Below, one piece after another: positions 54,413 through 63,493 of a stretch of DNA of 64,000 nucleotides. The DNA is taken from positions 160,001-224,000 of the forward strand of contig CAVRJY010000001.1 of assembly GCA_963721805.1 (NCBI GenBank), given 5' to 3'. The notes under the pieces were generated by a model that saw only the letters and a list, made by a program, of their open reading frames with translations, searched no databases and was not told where the DNA came from. The stretch's first letter is position 1; every line of letters starts with the position of its first letter. The DNA comes from Nitrospirota bacterium (GTDB taxonomy: Bacteria; Nitrospirota; Thermodesulfovibrionia; Thermodesulfovibrionales; JdFR-86). Position numbers and translations under genes: made by a program.

Positions 54413-56430
54413 CTGCCTTCGAGCGCCTTTTCTATCTGGATTTCCCTGAGCCGCGCAGCGGCCATCTTGCCTATGATCGAGCTTCCGGGGCTTATGAGCT
54501 TAAAAAGCTCCTCCTGGTCCGGGCCGCTGCTCATGACCGCCATCCTGTATGTAGCCCATTCGTTCGTCGCGTCCCTGGCGTGCGCTTCCTCGTAGAAGCT
54601 GAGGGATTTCTGCCTCTGCCCTAGGTCGTAGAGCATGTCCGCGAGCGAGAGCAGCACGGCCGCTGAGGGATCGTTAGCAGAATTCACCGCGCGCTCGAAA
54701 TAAGCTGCGGCCTTCGCGGGGTCGGATGAGCCCTTATATGACTGCCCGAGCAGGAGGAGGTCGTCCTCCGTAGGATTTTTGATCGAGAGTATGCGCGAGG
54801 TCGCGCCCTTGAGGTCGTGCTCGGCGAACAGTATCGCGGCGTCGGCCCGCTGGACGTCAGGGCCCTTCGCGCCCTGGAGCGTCTTTAGGCGGTCGAGGTA
54901 GGTCCTCGCCCTCTGGAAGTCCCCGGTCGCGGTATAGTGGTTGACGAGTTCGGCCAGCGCGCGCGTGCGGCCCTCGCGCGAGCCGTTTTCCTCGACCCAC
55001 TGCAGGGTGTCGAGATACGGCTCGCCGAGCTTCTTGAGCCTGAAGGCGATGTCCAGGAGCGTTGCCTCGCGCTTGGTGTCGAGCATCCATTTCTTTATGG
55101 CGGCCCAGGTGGACTTCAGGTCTTCGTCGTCACCGGCCTTCAGGTATGCCTTTAAGATGTTCTCGTATTCGTCGACGGCCTTGGCCTCGGGCTGAAACCT
55201 CATGACCAGCTCGCGGAGGTGGCCCATGGCGTCCTTCTGCTTGCCCTCGGCCTCGTCGATGCGGGCCAGGCCGAGTATCGCGGCATCGTATTCCTTGCCG
55301 TAGGGGAACTTCGAGCGGATCTCCTCGAGCGTGGCGCGGGCCTCGGTGAGCCGCCCGGTGCGGGCCTGTATGGCCGCGAGCTCAAGGAGCGCCGAGACCG
55401 CGATCTGGCGCGTCTGGGAGGACTTCAAGGCCTCAAGGCCGCTTATCGCCTCGTCGTCGCGGCCCTCGGCGGAGGCGATCCTCGCCAGGCCGAGCGCGGC
55501 GCGCTCCCTGTCCGGGCCGGACTGGATATCCTTCAGCATCTGGCGTGCGTCGAAGAGCTTCCCCTGCTGCCTGAGCGTCTCGCCGTACATGTAGCGCGCG
55601 TCGGCGGACTGTTGCAAGTACCTCGGGTACTTCGTCTGGGCCTCGCGGAACGCGCGTTCGGCCTCGTCGAACCTGCCCATGCGGCCGAGCGCCTCGGCCT
55701 CGCCGAATCCGGCTGCCGCGGACTGCCCGGCCTGCTGGAAGCTCGGGATCGCCTCGCCGTAGAGCTTCAGGCCCATCAGGGCCTGCCCGAGCCCGAGGTG
55801 GGCCTCCTCGGATAGCTTGGAGTTCGGGAAGCTCTTTAGGAATATCATGAAGTCCGCGCGCGCCTCGATATGGTGCTTGAGCGCGAGGTACGTCCGGCTG
55901 CGCTCGAACAGCGCGAGTTCCTTGAGCTTCTGGTCGGCGCTCAGCACGTAGGCGCCCCTGAATGAGTCTACCGCGTCGAACATGCGGCCCTGGCTGCGGT
56001 ACAGGAGGCCCTGCATGAAGTTAAGCGGCGGGTATGGGTTCGTGGGCGGCCTGTATGCGGCCAGGTCCTTCGCGGCCTCATTAGGGTTGCCGTTTTTGAT
56101 ATGCAGGAACGCGAGCTTCAGCGTAGGGTTGGATATCGCGAGATCTATCGAGTAGTCGATGTCGAACTTCGGGGCCTCGGCCGCCGGGGCGGCCTGCGGT
56201 TCTGAGTATGCGTGCCTCTCGTAAGGCTCATAGTTTCCGGGTGAAGGAGCGGTGGACGCGGGTCTGTCGTAGGGCGCATAGTTTCCGGGTGTTTGCGCCG
56301 GGGATGGCCTCTCGGCCCCGGACGGGCCCGCAGGCTTGACGATAGGCGCGAAGATCGAGGGCGGCGCGGTGTCCGCCGCCATAGCGGCCGAGGCCATCAA
56401 GATTATGATCGCTGTAAGAAACGCTCTCAT
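54409..56430 (-). CDS. Exported TPR-repeat protein
   Basis: Signal peptide, Pro-rich linker with duplicated PGNYxPY, TPR-like helices. Confidence 0.85.
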   Translation of the reverse strand: MRAFLTAIIILMASAAMAADTAPPSIFAPIVKPAGPSGAERPSPAQTPGNYAPYDRPASTAPSPGNYEPYERHAYSEPQAAPAAEAPKFDIDYSIDLAISNPTLKLAFLHIKNGNPNEAAKDLAAYRPPTNPYPPLNFMQGLLYRSQGRMFDAVDSFRGAYVLSADQKLKELALFERSRTYLALKHHIEARADFMIFLKSFPNSKLSEEAHLGLGQALMGLKLYGEAIPSFQQAGQSAAAGFGEAEALGRMGRFDEAERAFREAQTKYPRYLQQSADARYMYGETLRQQGKLFDARQMLKDIQSGPDRERAALGLARIASAEGRDDEAISGLEALKSSQTRQIAVSALLELAAIQARTGRLTEARATLEEIRSKFPYGKEYDAAILGLARIDEAEGKQKDAMGHLRELVMRFQPEAKAVDEYENILKAYLKAGDDEDLKSTWAAIKKWMLDTKREATLLDIAFRLKKLGEPYLDTLQWVEENGSREGRTRALAELVNHYTATGDFQRARTYLDRLKTLQGAKGPDVQRADAAILFAEHDLKGATSRILSIKNPTEDDLLLLGQSYKGSSDPAKAAAYFERAVNSANDPSAAVLLSLADMLYDLGQRQKSLSFYEEAHARDATNEWATYRMAVMSSGPDQEELFKLISPGSSIIGKMAAARLREIQIEKALEGR

Positions 56431-56444
56431 CGCGCTGATTTACT

Positions 56445-56460
56445 TGCAACACTCATGCCG
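56445..56460 (-). promoter_or_regulatory. sigma54 promoter of the TPR-kinase-regulator operon
   Basis: CGGCAT-N5-TTGCA. Confidence 0.6.
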
Positions 56461-56562
56461 GGCTCAAAGGTACTGATTTTGAATGCTTTTATCTCCTTGA
56501 GTGAAGTCGGGTTTTTGACGATCACATTAAGCTCTGACACGCGAACGCGGCTAGTTTCAACC

Positions 56563-56712
56563 GAAAGTGCGAGAAATCGCGTCAGACAAGGGTGCCACGG
56601 GCACTTTTCTTTAACAGGAGGGGGTCCGTGACCCCCGATGGTGTACTGTGACGTACATAGAGGGCGGATTTTTGAAGCCCTGACGCAGTATCACGCGTAT
56701 TTGGCGCGCTTG
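56563..56712 (+). repeat. Dispersed palindromic element copy 7 (nested module, degenerate head)
   Basis: AAATCGCGTCAGACAAGG..GTACTGTGACGTAC..GTATCACGCG..GCGCGCTT. Confidence 0.85.
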
Positions 56713-56748
56713 AGGAAAGTGGAGGATTCGCAAAGCAGCTTTCGTTAA

Positions 56749-57795
56749 TTAATAAGTTATATTCTTCTTCTTAATCTTTTCAATCAATGTCGTGCGATTT
56801 AATCCTAGAAGCGACGCCGCCTTGCTCTTGACCCCGCCTACCCGTTTGAGGGCAACGGTGATCATATGCCTCTCGATCTCATCCATCAGGTCATTAAGGT
56901 TCACCCCGCCTTCCGGGAGCGGGAAGAGGAAGTCAGGCCGGGGCTCGGCATATGAGAACCTCGGGCCGTCCTCGGCCGCGGGCGCGGCGGGCGCGGTAGA
57001 GATCATCGAGGGCTCCGGCGCGCCCAGGACGCGCGGGGGGATGTCCTGCATCGTGATGGAGTCGTCGTTACAGAGGGTCACCATGCGCTCTATCGTGTTT
57101 TCGAGCTCGCGCACGTTGCCGGGCCAGTGGTAGACTTGCAGCTTCTCGACGACCTCCTGCGAGACCTCGACCTCGCGGCCCCGTTTTTTGGAGAAACCGG
57201 TAACGAACTCCTGCACCAGCAGCGGTATGTCATTTTGCCTCAGCCGCAGCGGCGGCAGGTGCATCGGGATGACGTTGAGGCGGTAGTAGAGGTCCTCGCG
57301 GAACGCCCCGGTGCGCGTCGCGGCCTCCAAATCGCGGTTCGTCGCGGCGAGTATTCGGACGTCGACCGAGATCGTCTTGGTCCCGCCAACGCGCTCGAAC
57401 TGCCGCTCCTGAAGCACGCGCAGGAGCTTGACCTGCAGCGTCGGGTGCAGCTCCCCGATCTCGTCGAGGAATATCGTGCCCCCGCTTGCGAGTTCGAACC
57501 TGCCCGGCCTCATCGCTATGGCGCCCGTAAACGCGCCCTTCTCGTGGCCGAACAGCTCGCTTTCGAGGAGGTTTTCGGGGATCGCGGCGCAGTTGACAGG
57601 GACGAATGGTTTGGGTGCGCGGTCGCCGTTTTGGTGGATCGTCTTGGCTACGCGCTCCTTGCCGGTGCCGCTCTCGCCATAGATAATAACGGTGGTATCG
57701 GAGGCCGCGACCTTGCGGATCAAATCGAAGACCTGCATCATTTGACGCGATTCGCCCGTAAGCATTGGGTAACGGCCCTCTCCCCGTTGGTCCAT
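56749..57795 (-). CDS. FleQ/FlrA-like sigma54 activator without N-terminal regulatory domain
   Basis: AAA+ starts almost at the N-terminus; GAFTGA; C-terminal LGLNRTTLIEK. Confidence 0.88.
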   Translation of the reverse strand: MDQRGEGRYPMLTGESRQMMQVFDLIRKVAASDTTVIIYGESGTGKERVAKTIHQNGDRAPKPFVPVNCAAIPENLLESELFGHEKGAFTGAIAMRPGRFELASGGTIFLDEIGELHPTLQVKLLRVLQERQFERVGGTKTISVDVRILAATNRDLEAATRTGAFREDLYYRLNVIPMHLPPLRLRQNDIPLLVQEFVTGFSKKRGREVEVSQEVVEKLQVYHWPGNVRELENTIERMVTLCNDDSITMQDIPPRVLGAPEPSMISTAPAAPAAEDGPRFSYAEPRPDFLFPLPEGGVNLNDLMDEIERHMITVALKRVGGVKSKAASLLGLNRTTLIEKIKKKNITY

Positions 57796-57977
57796 AGGAT
57801 ATAGCCTAGAATAAACATTTTGCCAATGTCAATAGTTTGACTTATTTTGCTGGTTTGACGCGGACAAGACGGCTCGCGTATGGGGAGCAGCCCGATGCGG
57901 TGCTTTTGGATGCGGCCGGATGGCCCGTTTACCGGGCCTTGCTATTGCCGCGCCTCATCTGGTTTAATCGGCTTACG

Positions 57978-59819
57978 ATGTACAACCTTCCGCGGATAGA
58001 TCCCATGCTCGCGCGCGACGGGCGCGGGCTGGTCGTCCTGGAGTCCCTCAGGCCGGATGCGCAGAACCGCACCAGCTATGTCTTTCGAGAGCCGGAGAAA
58101 GTCCTTACCGCTCATGACTGCGAGGGCGTGGCCCGCGCGCTTACGGAGATCGACCGGCTCTCGCGGGAGCGCTGGATCGCGGGGTACATCACTTACGAGG
58201 CGGGGCTCTGCATGGAAGGGGCCACGGGCCCTCTCCTCGCCACGGGCCCTCTCCTATGGCTCGGGGTATACAGCGGTGCCACCAAGTACGACCACGTAAC
58301 GGGTCAAATTGCGGGAGACGCTGCGGTGTTCGCATCGGGTGAGGTTGAGCAAGGGGATTACGCTATCACAAACCTCGCGCTTGAGATGGACGCGGCGCGG
58401 TACGCCGAGCGCATAGGGCGGGTGAAAGACTATATCGCTGCCGGGGACGTCTACCAGGTGGACTTCACGACCGGGTACGCTTTTGATTTTACGGGCTCGG
58501 CATATGCCCTTTATGACGCACTCAAGAGAAAGCAGACCGTGGCATACGCCGCGTTCATCCGCACGGATAAAGGCGGAGAGGTGCTATCTCTCTCGCCGGA
58601 GCTGTTTTTAAGGCGAAGCGGCGACATAGTGACAGTAAGGCCGATGAAGGGCACCGCACCCCGTGGCCGCACCGCGGCAGAGGACGCCGCGCAGGCAACG
58701 TACCTCGCCGCCGATCCCAAGAACCGCGCCGAGAACGTGATGATCGTCGACCTGATGCGCAACGACCTCGGCCGCATCAGCCGCACGGGCGGGGTGCGTG
58801 TTGCGAGTCTCTTTGACGTCGAGCGGTACGAGAGCCTGCTTCAGATGACGAGCACGGTCACGGCCGAGCTCAGGCCGGACGTTAAATGGTCAGAGATCAT
58901 GCGCTGCATCTATCCTTCGGGCTCGGTGACCGGCGCGCCGAAGATCAGGGCCATGGAGATCATACGCGAGCTGGAGGACGGGCAGCGCGGGGTATACACC
59001 GGGGCGATAGGGTTCATCGCGCCGGGCGGCCGCGAGGCCGCGTTTAACGTACCGATACGGACTATAGAGCTAAGCGGCGGACGTGGCCGGATGGGCGTGG
59101 GAAGCGGGATAGTCGCGGACTCCGGGATCGCGGCGGAGTACGAGGAGTGCGTGCTTAAGGCCGCGTTTCTGACCTCGCCCCCGGTTGCGCCATTTAAACT
59201 GATTGAGACGATGCTCTGGGAGCGGGGCGGATATAAGCGGCTGGCGCTGCATATGGAGAGGCTGGCCGCCTCGGCCTCGTACTTCGAGATTCCGCTGAGT
59301 GAGGATGGAGTCAGGCGGGCGCTAGATGATGCCGCATCCGCGTTCGATGCGAATCTGCGATACCGCGTGAGGCTCACGCTCGATAGCGATGGCCGCTCCG
59401 ATGTTAATGCGGCCGGGCTGGTTGATACCGCTTCGGATACCGTCGCGATCTCGCCGCTTCGCACATCGAGAAAAGATGTCTTCCTGTATCACAAGACCAC
59501 AAACCGCGCGCTTTATGATGCGGAGTTCAAGAGGTGCTCTGCGGAAGGCCATGCGGACGTGCTGTTTTTAAATGAGGAGGGCGAGCTGACCGAGGGCGCG
59601 ATATCGAACGTGTATGTCGAGATCGAGGGCATGCTCTATACCCCACCGGTCGGGTGCGGTCTGCTCGCTGGCGTGATGCGGCGCGTGCTGCTTGAAGAGG
59701 GCAGGTGTACCGAGCGTGTGATCACCCTGGACGACCTCAAGGCCGCGGATGCGGTCTATATCTCGAACTCGGTGCGCGGGCTTAGGAGGGTCAGTATCGT
59801 ATTGCCGGCACTGCCGTGA
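57978..59819 (+). CDS. pabB: Aminodeoxychorismate synthase component I fused to a class IV aminotransferase/ADC lyase domain
   Basis: SPELF, PMKGT, AENVMIVDLMRND, GSVTGAPK; HKTTNR, EGAISN; start uncertain. Confidence 0.9.
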   Translation: MYNLPRIDPMLARDGRGLVVLESLRPDAQNRTSYVFREPEKVLTAHDCEGVARALTEIDRLSRERWIAGYITYEAGLCMEGATGPLLATGPLLWLGVYSGATKYDHVTGQIAGDAAVFASGEVEQGDYAITNLALEMDAARYAERIGRVKDYIAAGDVYQVDFTTGYAFDFTGSAYALYDALKRKQTVAYAAFIRTDKGGEVLSLSPELFLRRSGDIVTVRPMKGTAPRGRTAAEDAAQATYLAADPKNRAENVMIVDLMRNDLGRISRTGGVRVASLFDVERYESLLQMTSTVTAELRPDVKWSEIMRCIYPSGSVTGAPKIRAMEIIRELEDGQRGVYTGAIGFIAPGGREAAFNVPIRTIELSGGRGRMGVGSGIVADSGIAAEYEECVLKAAFLTSPPVAPFKLIETMLWERGGYKRLALHMERLAASASYFEIPLSEDGVRRALDDAASAFDANLRYRVRLTLDSDGRSDVNAAGLVDTASDTVAISPLRTSRKDVFLYHKTTNRALYDAEFKRCSAEGHADVLFLNEEGELTEGAISNVYVEIEGMLYTPPVGCGLLAGVMRRVLLEEGRCTERVITLDDLKAADAVYISNSVRGLRRVSIVLPALP

Positions 59820-60117
59820 TTTCCGCGCTGATCCTCGCCATCACGCCATCAATGCCTGAAAGCACGTCTGTCTGCGTGCAGCTTAAAAACCTGATCCCGT
59901 AGCCCTCGATGATCGCCTGACGCTTCTTGTCCGGGCCCTTCGCGCCCTCGATCTCGACCACCAGCCTGAGCTTGGGGCAATAGAAATCAACGACCAGCTG
60001 CCCGACGCCGTATTCGCGGCTGAACCTGTAACCATTCAGGTCTGTTTCCTTCAGCCTGGCCCAGAGGGCGGCCTCGGCCTTCGGCGCTTTAATCTCAAGC
60101 AGTCCGTTTTTTGTCAT
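59791..60117 (-). CDS. DUF559 (Vsr-like) endonuclease-domain protein, possibly degenerate
   Basis: AEAALWARL, FSREY..VVDFYC..LVVEIEG, GIRFL; usual DG..H segment absent. Confidence 0.8.
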   Translation of the reverse strand: MTKNGLLEIKAPKAEAALWARLKETDLNGYRFSREYGVGQLVVDFYCPKLRLVVEIEGAKGPDKKRQAIIEGYGIRFLSCTQTDVLSGIDGVMARISAEITAVPAIRY

Positions 60118-60214
60118 TTCGTTTGCCTCACTGAATGTTCCGGCCAAAGGTATATTGTTGATGGCGGGTGCGTCTTATTAAGTATAGCATTTACGTGGCA
60201 ATCGGCCTCATTTA

Positions 60215-60548
60215 TTAACCATAGTTAATCGTAAGTTAATAGAAAACGCACGGGCATGAATTTTTTCTATAAGCTTCGGTTTATATATAAACCAAAGTTT
60301 GGCATTCTTTAGTGTATATTGGTTCTATGAGCAGTTTAGGATCATATCTGATGGGTAGCGCAGGCGGGGTTAGAGGGTTCCGCACTTGTTCGGATAAAGG
60401 GCTGAAAAGAGCCAAAAATATCCGAACATCCGAACACGGGGAACTAGGAGAATCAATATTTTCCGCAGAGTTATCACCGGTTTTGCGCCCGACATCCGAA
60501 CAGAATCGGCAAAAACGCGCGCGCACGCGCGCGGAATGCATAACTATA
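60215..60548 (-). repeat. AT-rich module B attached to the element head
   Basis: TTAACCATAGTTAA, GGTTTATATATAAACC and CGCGCGCGCACGCGCGCG shared with module A. Confidence 0.75.
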
Positions 60549-60570
60549 CCTAAGCGCGGACATCAGAACA

Positions 60571-60767
60571 TGCCTTTGACCTCGTGGGGCGCGGGGGGCG
60601 TCCTTCGTCCGTGCCCCCCGAAAGCGCGCCCAAATCGTATTCAGACAAGGGGCCGACTGGCCCTTTCTTCAGGAGAGGTGCCCGTGGCACCCCGATGGTG
60701 TACTGTGACGTACATAGAGGGCGAGTCTTCGATGCCCAACGACGTATCAAGCGATTTGGAGCGCTTT
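60571..60767 (+). repeat. Dispersed palindromic element copy 8, with nested module
   Basis: TGCCTTTGACC head; core with inserted GGGGCCGACTGGCCC and GGTGCCCGTGGCACC hairpins. Confidence 0.9.
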
Positions 60768-60846
60768 GATCGAAAGGGACGCTTGCCAGATGAGGCCGCT
60801 TTAAGGTTAAATGGTGGTTCAATAAAACTAAAGGTAGGTGTCCCTA

Positions 60847-62532
60847 ATGGCTACAGTTGAGCCTAATAAGATTATTTATTCCATGGTGCGGGTCAGCAAG
60901 CTCTACGACCGCAAGCCCATAATCAAGGACATCTCGCTCTCGTATTTCTACGGTGCCAAGATCGGCGTGCTCGGGCTGAACGGCTCGGGCAAGAGCACGC
61001 TTCTGAAGATCATGGCCGGGGTCGAGAAGGAGTTTGAGGGCACCGCTGTGCTCTCGCCCGGATACACCGTCGGATACCTCGAGCAGGAGCCGCTCCTGAG
61101 CTCGGAGAAGACCGTGCGGCAGGTCGTTGAGGAGGGCGTGCAGGCCACGGTCGATCTCGTAAACGAGTTTAACCAGATAAACGAGAAATTCGCCGAGCCG
61201 ATGTCGGATGACGAGATGGAAAAGCTGTTAAAGAGGCAGGGCGAGGTGCAGGAGCAGCTCGACCACCTTGACGCGTGGGACCTCGACTCGCAGCTTGAGA
61301 TGGCGATGGACGCGCTCGGATGCCCGGACGGCGCGATGAACGTTAACGTCCTTAGCGGCGGCGAGCGCAGGCGCGTCGCGCTATGCAGGCTGCTGCTGCA
61401 GAAGCCCGACATACTGTTGCTGGACGAGCCCACCAACCACCTCGACGCCGAGACCGTGGCGTGGCTCGAGCACCACTTGAAGGCTTACGCCGGTACGGTC
61501 ATCGCGGTGACGCACGACCGCTACTTCCTCGATAACGTCGCGGGATGGATACTCGAGCTAGACCGCGGCGAGGGCATCCCGTGGAAGGGGAATTATTCCT
61601 CGTGGCTGGAGCAGAAAGAGGCCCGCCTCGCCAACGAGGAGAAGCAGGAATCGCAGCGGCGTAAGACTCTCGATAGGGAGCTTGAGTGGATACGGATGTC
61701 CCCCAAGGGCCGCCACGCAAAGGGCAAGGCCCGCATCAGCTCATACGAGGCCCTGCTCGGGCAGGAGGCGGAGAAGCGCGCCGAGGACCTTGAGATCTAC
61801 ATCCCTCCCGGCCCGAGGCTAGGGAAAACCGTAATAGACGCCGAGGGCGTCACGAAGTCATACGGCGAGAACATCCTTATGGAGAACGTATCGTTCATGC
61901 TCCCGCCGGGCGGCATAGTCGGCGTGATCGGCCCAAACGGCGCGGGCAAGACCACGCTATTTAGGATGATCACCGGGGCCGAGGAGCCGGACGCGGGCAC
62001 GCTCAAGGTCGGCGAGACCGTGACGCTCGCGTACGTGGACCAGAGCCGCGAGGGCCTGAGCGCGGACAAGAGCGTGTATGACGAGATCTCGGGCGGCTAT
62101 GACATGATAAAGATGGGCTCGCGCGAGATCAATGCGCGCTCCTATGTCGGGAAGTTCAACTTCTCGGGCACCTCGCAGCAGAAGAAGGTCGGGATGCTGT
62201 CGGGCGGCGAGCGCAACCGCGTGCACCTGGCGAAGCTGCTGAAGTCCGGGGCGAACGTCATATTGTTAGACGAGCCGACGAACGACCTCGACGTCAACAC
62301 CCTGCGCGCGCTCGAAGAGGCGCTCCTGAACTTCGGCGGCTGCGCGGTGGTGATCAGCCACGACCGCTGGTTTCTGGACCGCATCGCCACGCACATGCTG
62401 GCGTTCGAGGGCGATAGCAAGGTCGTATGGTTTGACGGGAACTACTCGGAGTACGAGGCCGACCTTAAGGCGCGGCTAGGCGTAAACGAGATCACGCCGC
62501 ACAGGATAAAATATCGTCACTTGACTAGGTAG
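60847..62532 (+). CDS. ettA: ABC-F translational throttle EttA
   Basis: YGAKIGVLGLNGSGKST, two LSGGE motifs, ELEWIRMSPKGR. Confidence 0.95.
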   Translation: MATVEPNKIIYSMVRVSKLYDRKPIIKDISLSYFYGAKIGVLGLNGSGKSTLLKIMAGVEKEFEGTAVLSPGYTVGYLEQEPLLSSEKTVRQVVEEGVQATVDLVNEFNQINEKFAEPMSDDEMEKLLKRQGEVQEQLDHLDAWDLDSQLEMAMDALGCPDGAMNVNVLSGGERRRVALCRLLLQKPDILLLDEPTNHLDAETVAWLEHHLKAYAGTVIAVTHDRYFLDNVAGWILELDRGEGIPWKGNYSSWLEQKEARLANEEKQESQRRKTLDRELEWIRMSPKGRHAKGKARISSYEALLGQEAEKRAEDLEIYIPPGPRLGKTVIDAEGVTKSYGENILMENVSFMLPPGGIVGVIGPNGAGKTTLFRMITGAEEPDAGTLKVGETVTLAYVDQSREGLSADKSVYDEISGGYDMIKMGSREINARSYVGKFNFSGTSQQKKVGMLSGGERNRVHLAKLLKSGANVILLDEPTNDLDVNTLRALEEALLNFGGCAVVISHDRWFLDRIATHMLAFEGDSKVVWFDGNYSEYEADLKARLGVNEITPHRIKYRHLTR

Positions 62533-62538
62533 ATTTTA

Positions 62539-62690
62539 AAAGTCGCACTAAAGTCGCGTGATACTGCGTCAGGGCTTCGGAAATCCGTCCTCGGAGTACG
62601 TCACAGTACACCGTCGGACGTTTTCCTTGCCGACGCGATTTATCGCGCTTTAGCGCAGCTTGCGCTTAATCGTGCGAGCGGTTAACGGCA
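62539..62690 (-). repeat. Dispersed palindromic element copy 9
   Basis: GTCGCGTGATACTGCGTC..GTAC-N6-GTAC..CGCGCTTT..GTGCGAGCGGTTAACGGCA; closest to copy 4. Confidence 0.85.
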
Positions 62691-62695
62691 TTGAT

Positions 62696-63250
62696 TTAAT
62701 GCGCGGAGCGAATAGGTGAGCGCGGAGCGTGAATATTGAAGGGGCCAGCCGGCCCCTTAAGGGACGAGCGGGTCGGCCTCAGTCGGAGCGGGATATGTAC
62801 GCCTTTGCTCGCACTCCTCGCGCCACCGGGGAGGGTCTCCTGATGGAGCTCCATGGCCTCGACCGCACGCGCCGGGTTGACGCGCGCGAAGTATTTGAGC
62901 ACCTGCGCGCCGAGCTCGTGCGGGTTGATGGGCTTGATCAGGTATCCGCTGATGCCTATTTTTACGAAGTCCATCACGTCGTCGCTCTTTGACAGCGAGG
63001 TCAGGATGATGGCCGGGGTCGCGCGGTCGCCGAAGAACGTGCGGATCGTCTTGAGCGCGGCATAACCGGTCATGACCGGCATGATGCTGTCAAGCAGCAT
63101 GAGATCGGGCTTCTGCTCGCCGTAGGCCTCGAGGAGTTCCTTGCCGTTGGCGACGAACCGCTTCTCGAATACGTAGCCGCTGAGGAAGCAGTCGTAGGTA
63201 TCCTGGAGCGATTTTTCGTCCTCCGCTATCAGGATATGGATTTTTTCCAT
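62696..63250 (-). CDS. Response regulator (receiver domain plus tail)
   Basis: ILIAEDE, LLDSIMP, YLIKP. Confidence 0.85.
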   Translation of the reverse strand: MEKIHILIAEDEKSLQDTYDCFLSGYVFEKRFVANGKELLEAYGEQKPDLMLLDSIMPVMTGYAALKTIRTFFGDRATPAIILTSLSKSDDVMDFVKIGISGYLIKPINPHELGAQVLKYFARVNPARAVEAMELHQETLPGGARSASKGVHIPLRLRPTRSSLKGPAGPFNIHAPRSPIRSAH

Positions 63251-63295
63251 GGCGGTCTCATTTTACATCAAACCGGCGTGAAAAATTAATATGAA

Positions 63296-63391
63296 CTGTG
63301 TAACGGGTTACCCAACGCTGTGTAGCGGGTTACACACTCCTGCTGACGCTCCCGCGTATATAAAGCGGATTTTTGTGGCACGCCGGTTGCT
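63296..63391 (+). promoter_or_regulatory. Tandem enhancer-like sites and sigma54 promoter of pilY1
   Basis: CTGTGTARCGGGTTAC at 63296 and 63318; TGGCAC-N5-TTGCT at 63376-63391. Confidence 0.75.
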
Positions 63392-63493
63392 TCTATACTA
63401 TACTGTAGTGACCGGGGGGCGTTCGTGACCCGTGAAGATAGCGTGACTGACTAACCGGGCCGTAAAGGGCCCTCCAGAAGAAGGGGTGCGCAG

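Noticed and set aside
42190..60860. Similar short ORFs (e.g. 42219, 44604, 44636, 60312, 60550, 60584) that look like a protein family
   Set aside because: They are translations of the non-coding repeat, with inconsistent frames and ends and no RBS
62725..62830. C-terminal tail of the response regulator as a separate domain
   Set aside because: It reads through a GC hairpin repeat and looks like a non-conserved extension
63405..63490. Possible c-di-GMP riboswitch in the pilY1 leader
   Set aside because: The characteristic GCAAA/GNRA-receptor pattern is not visible
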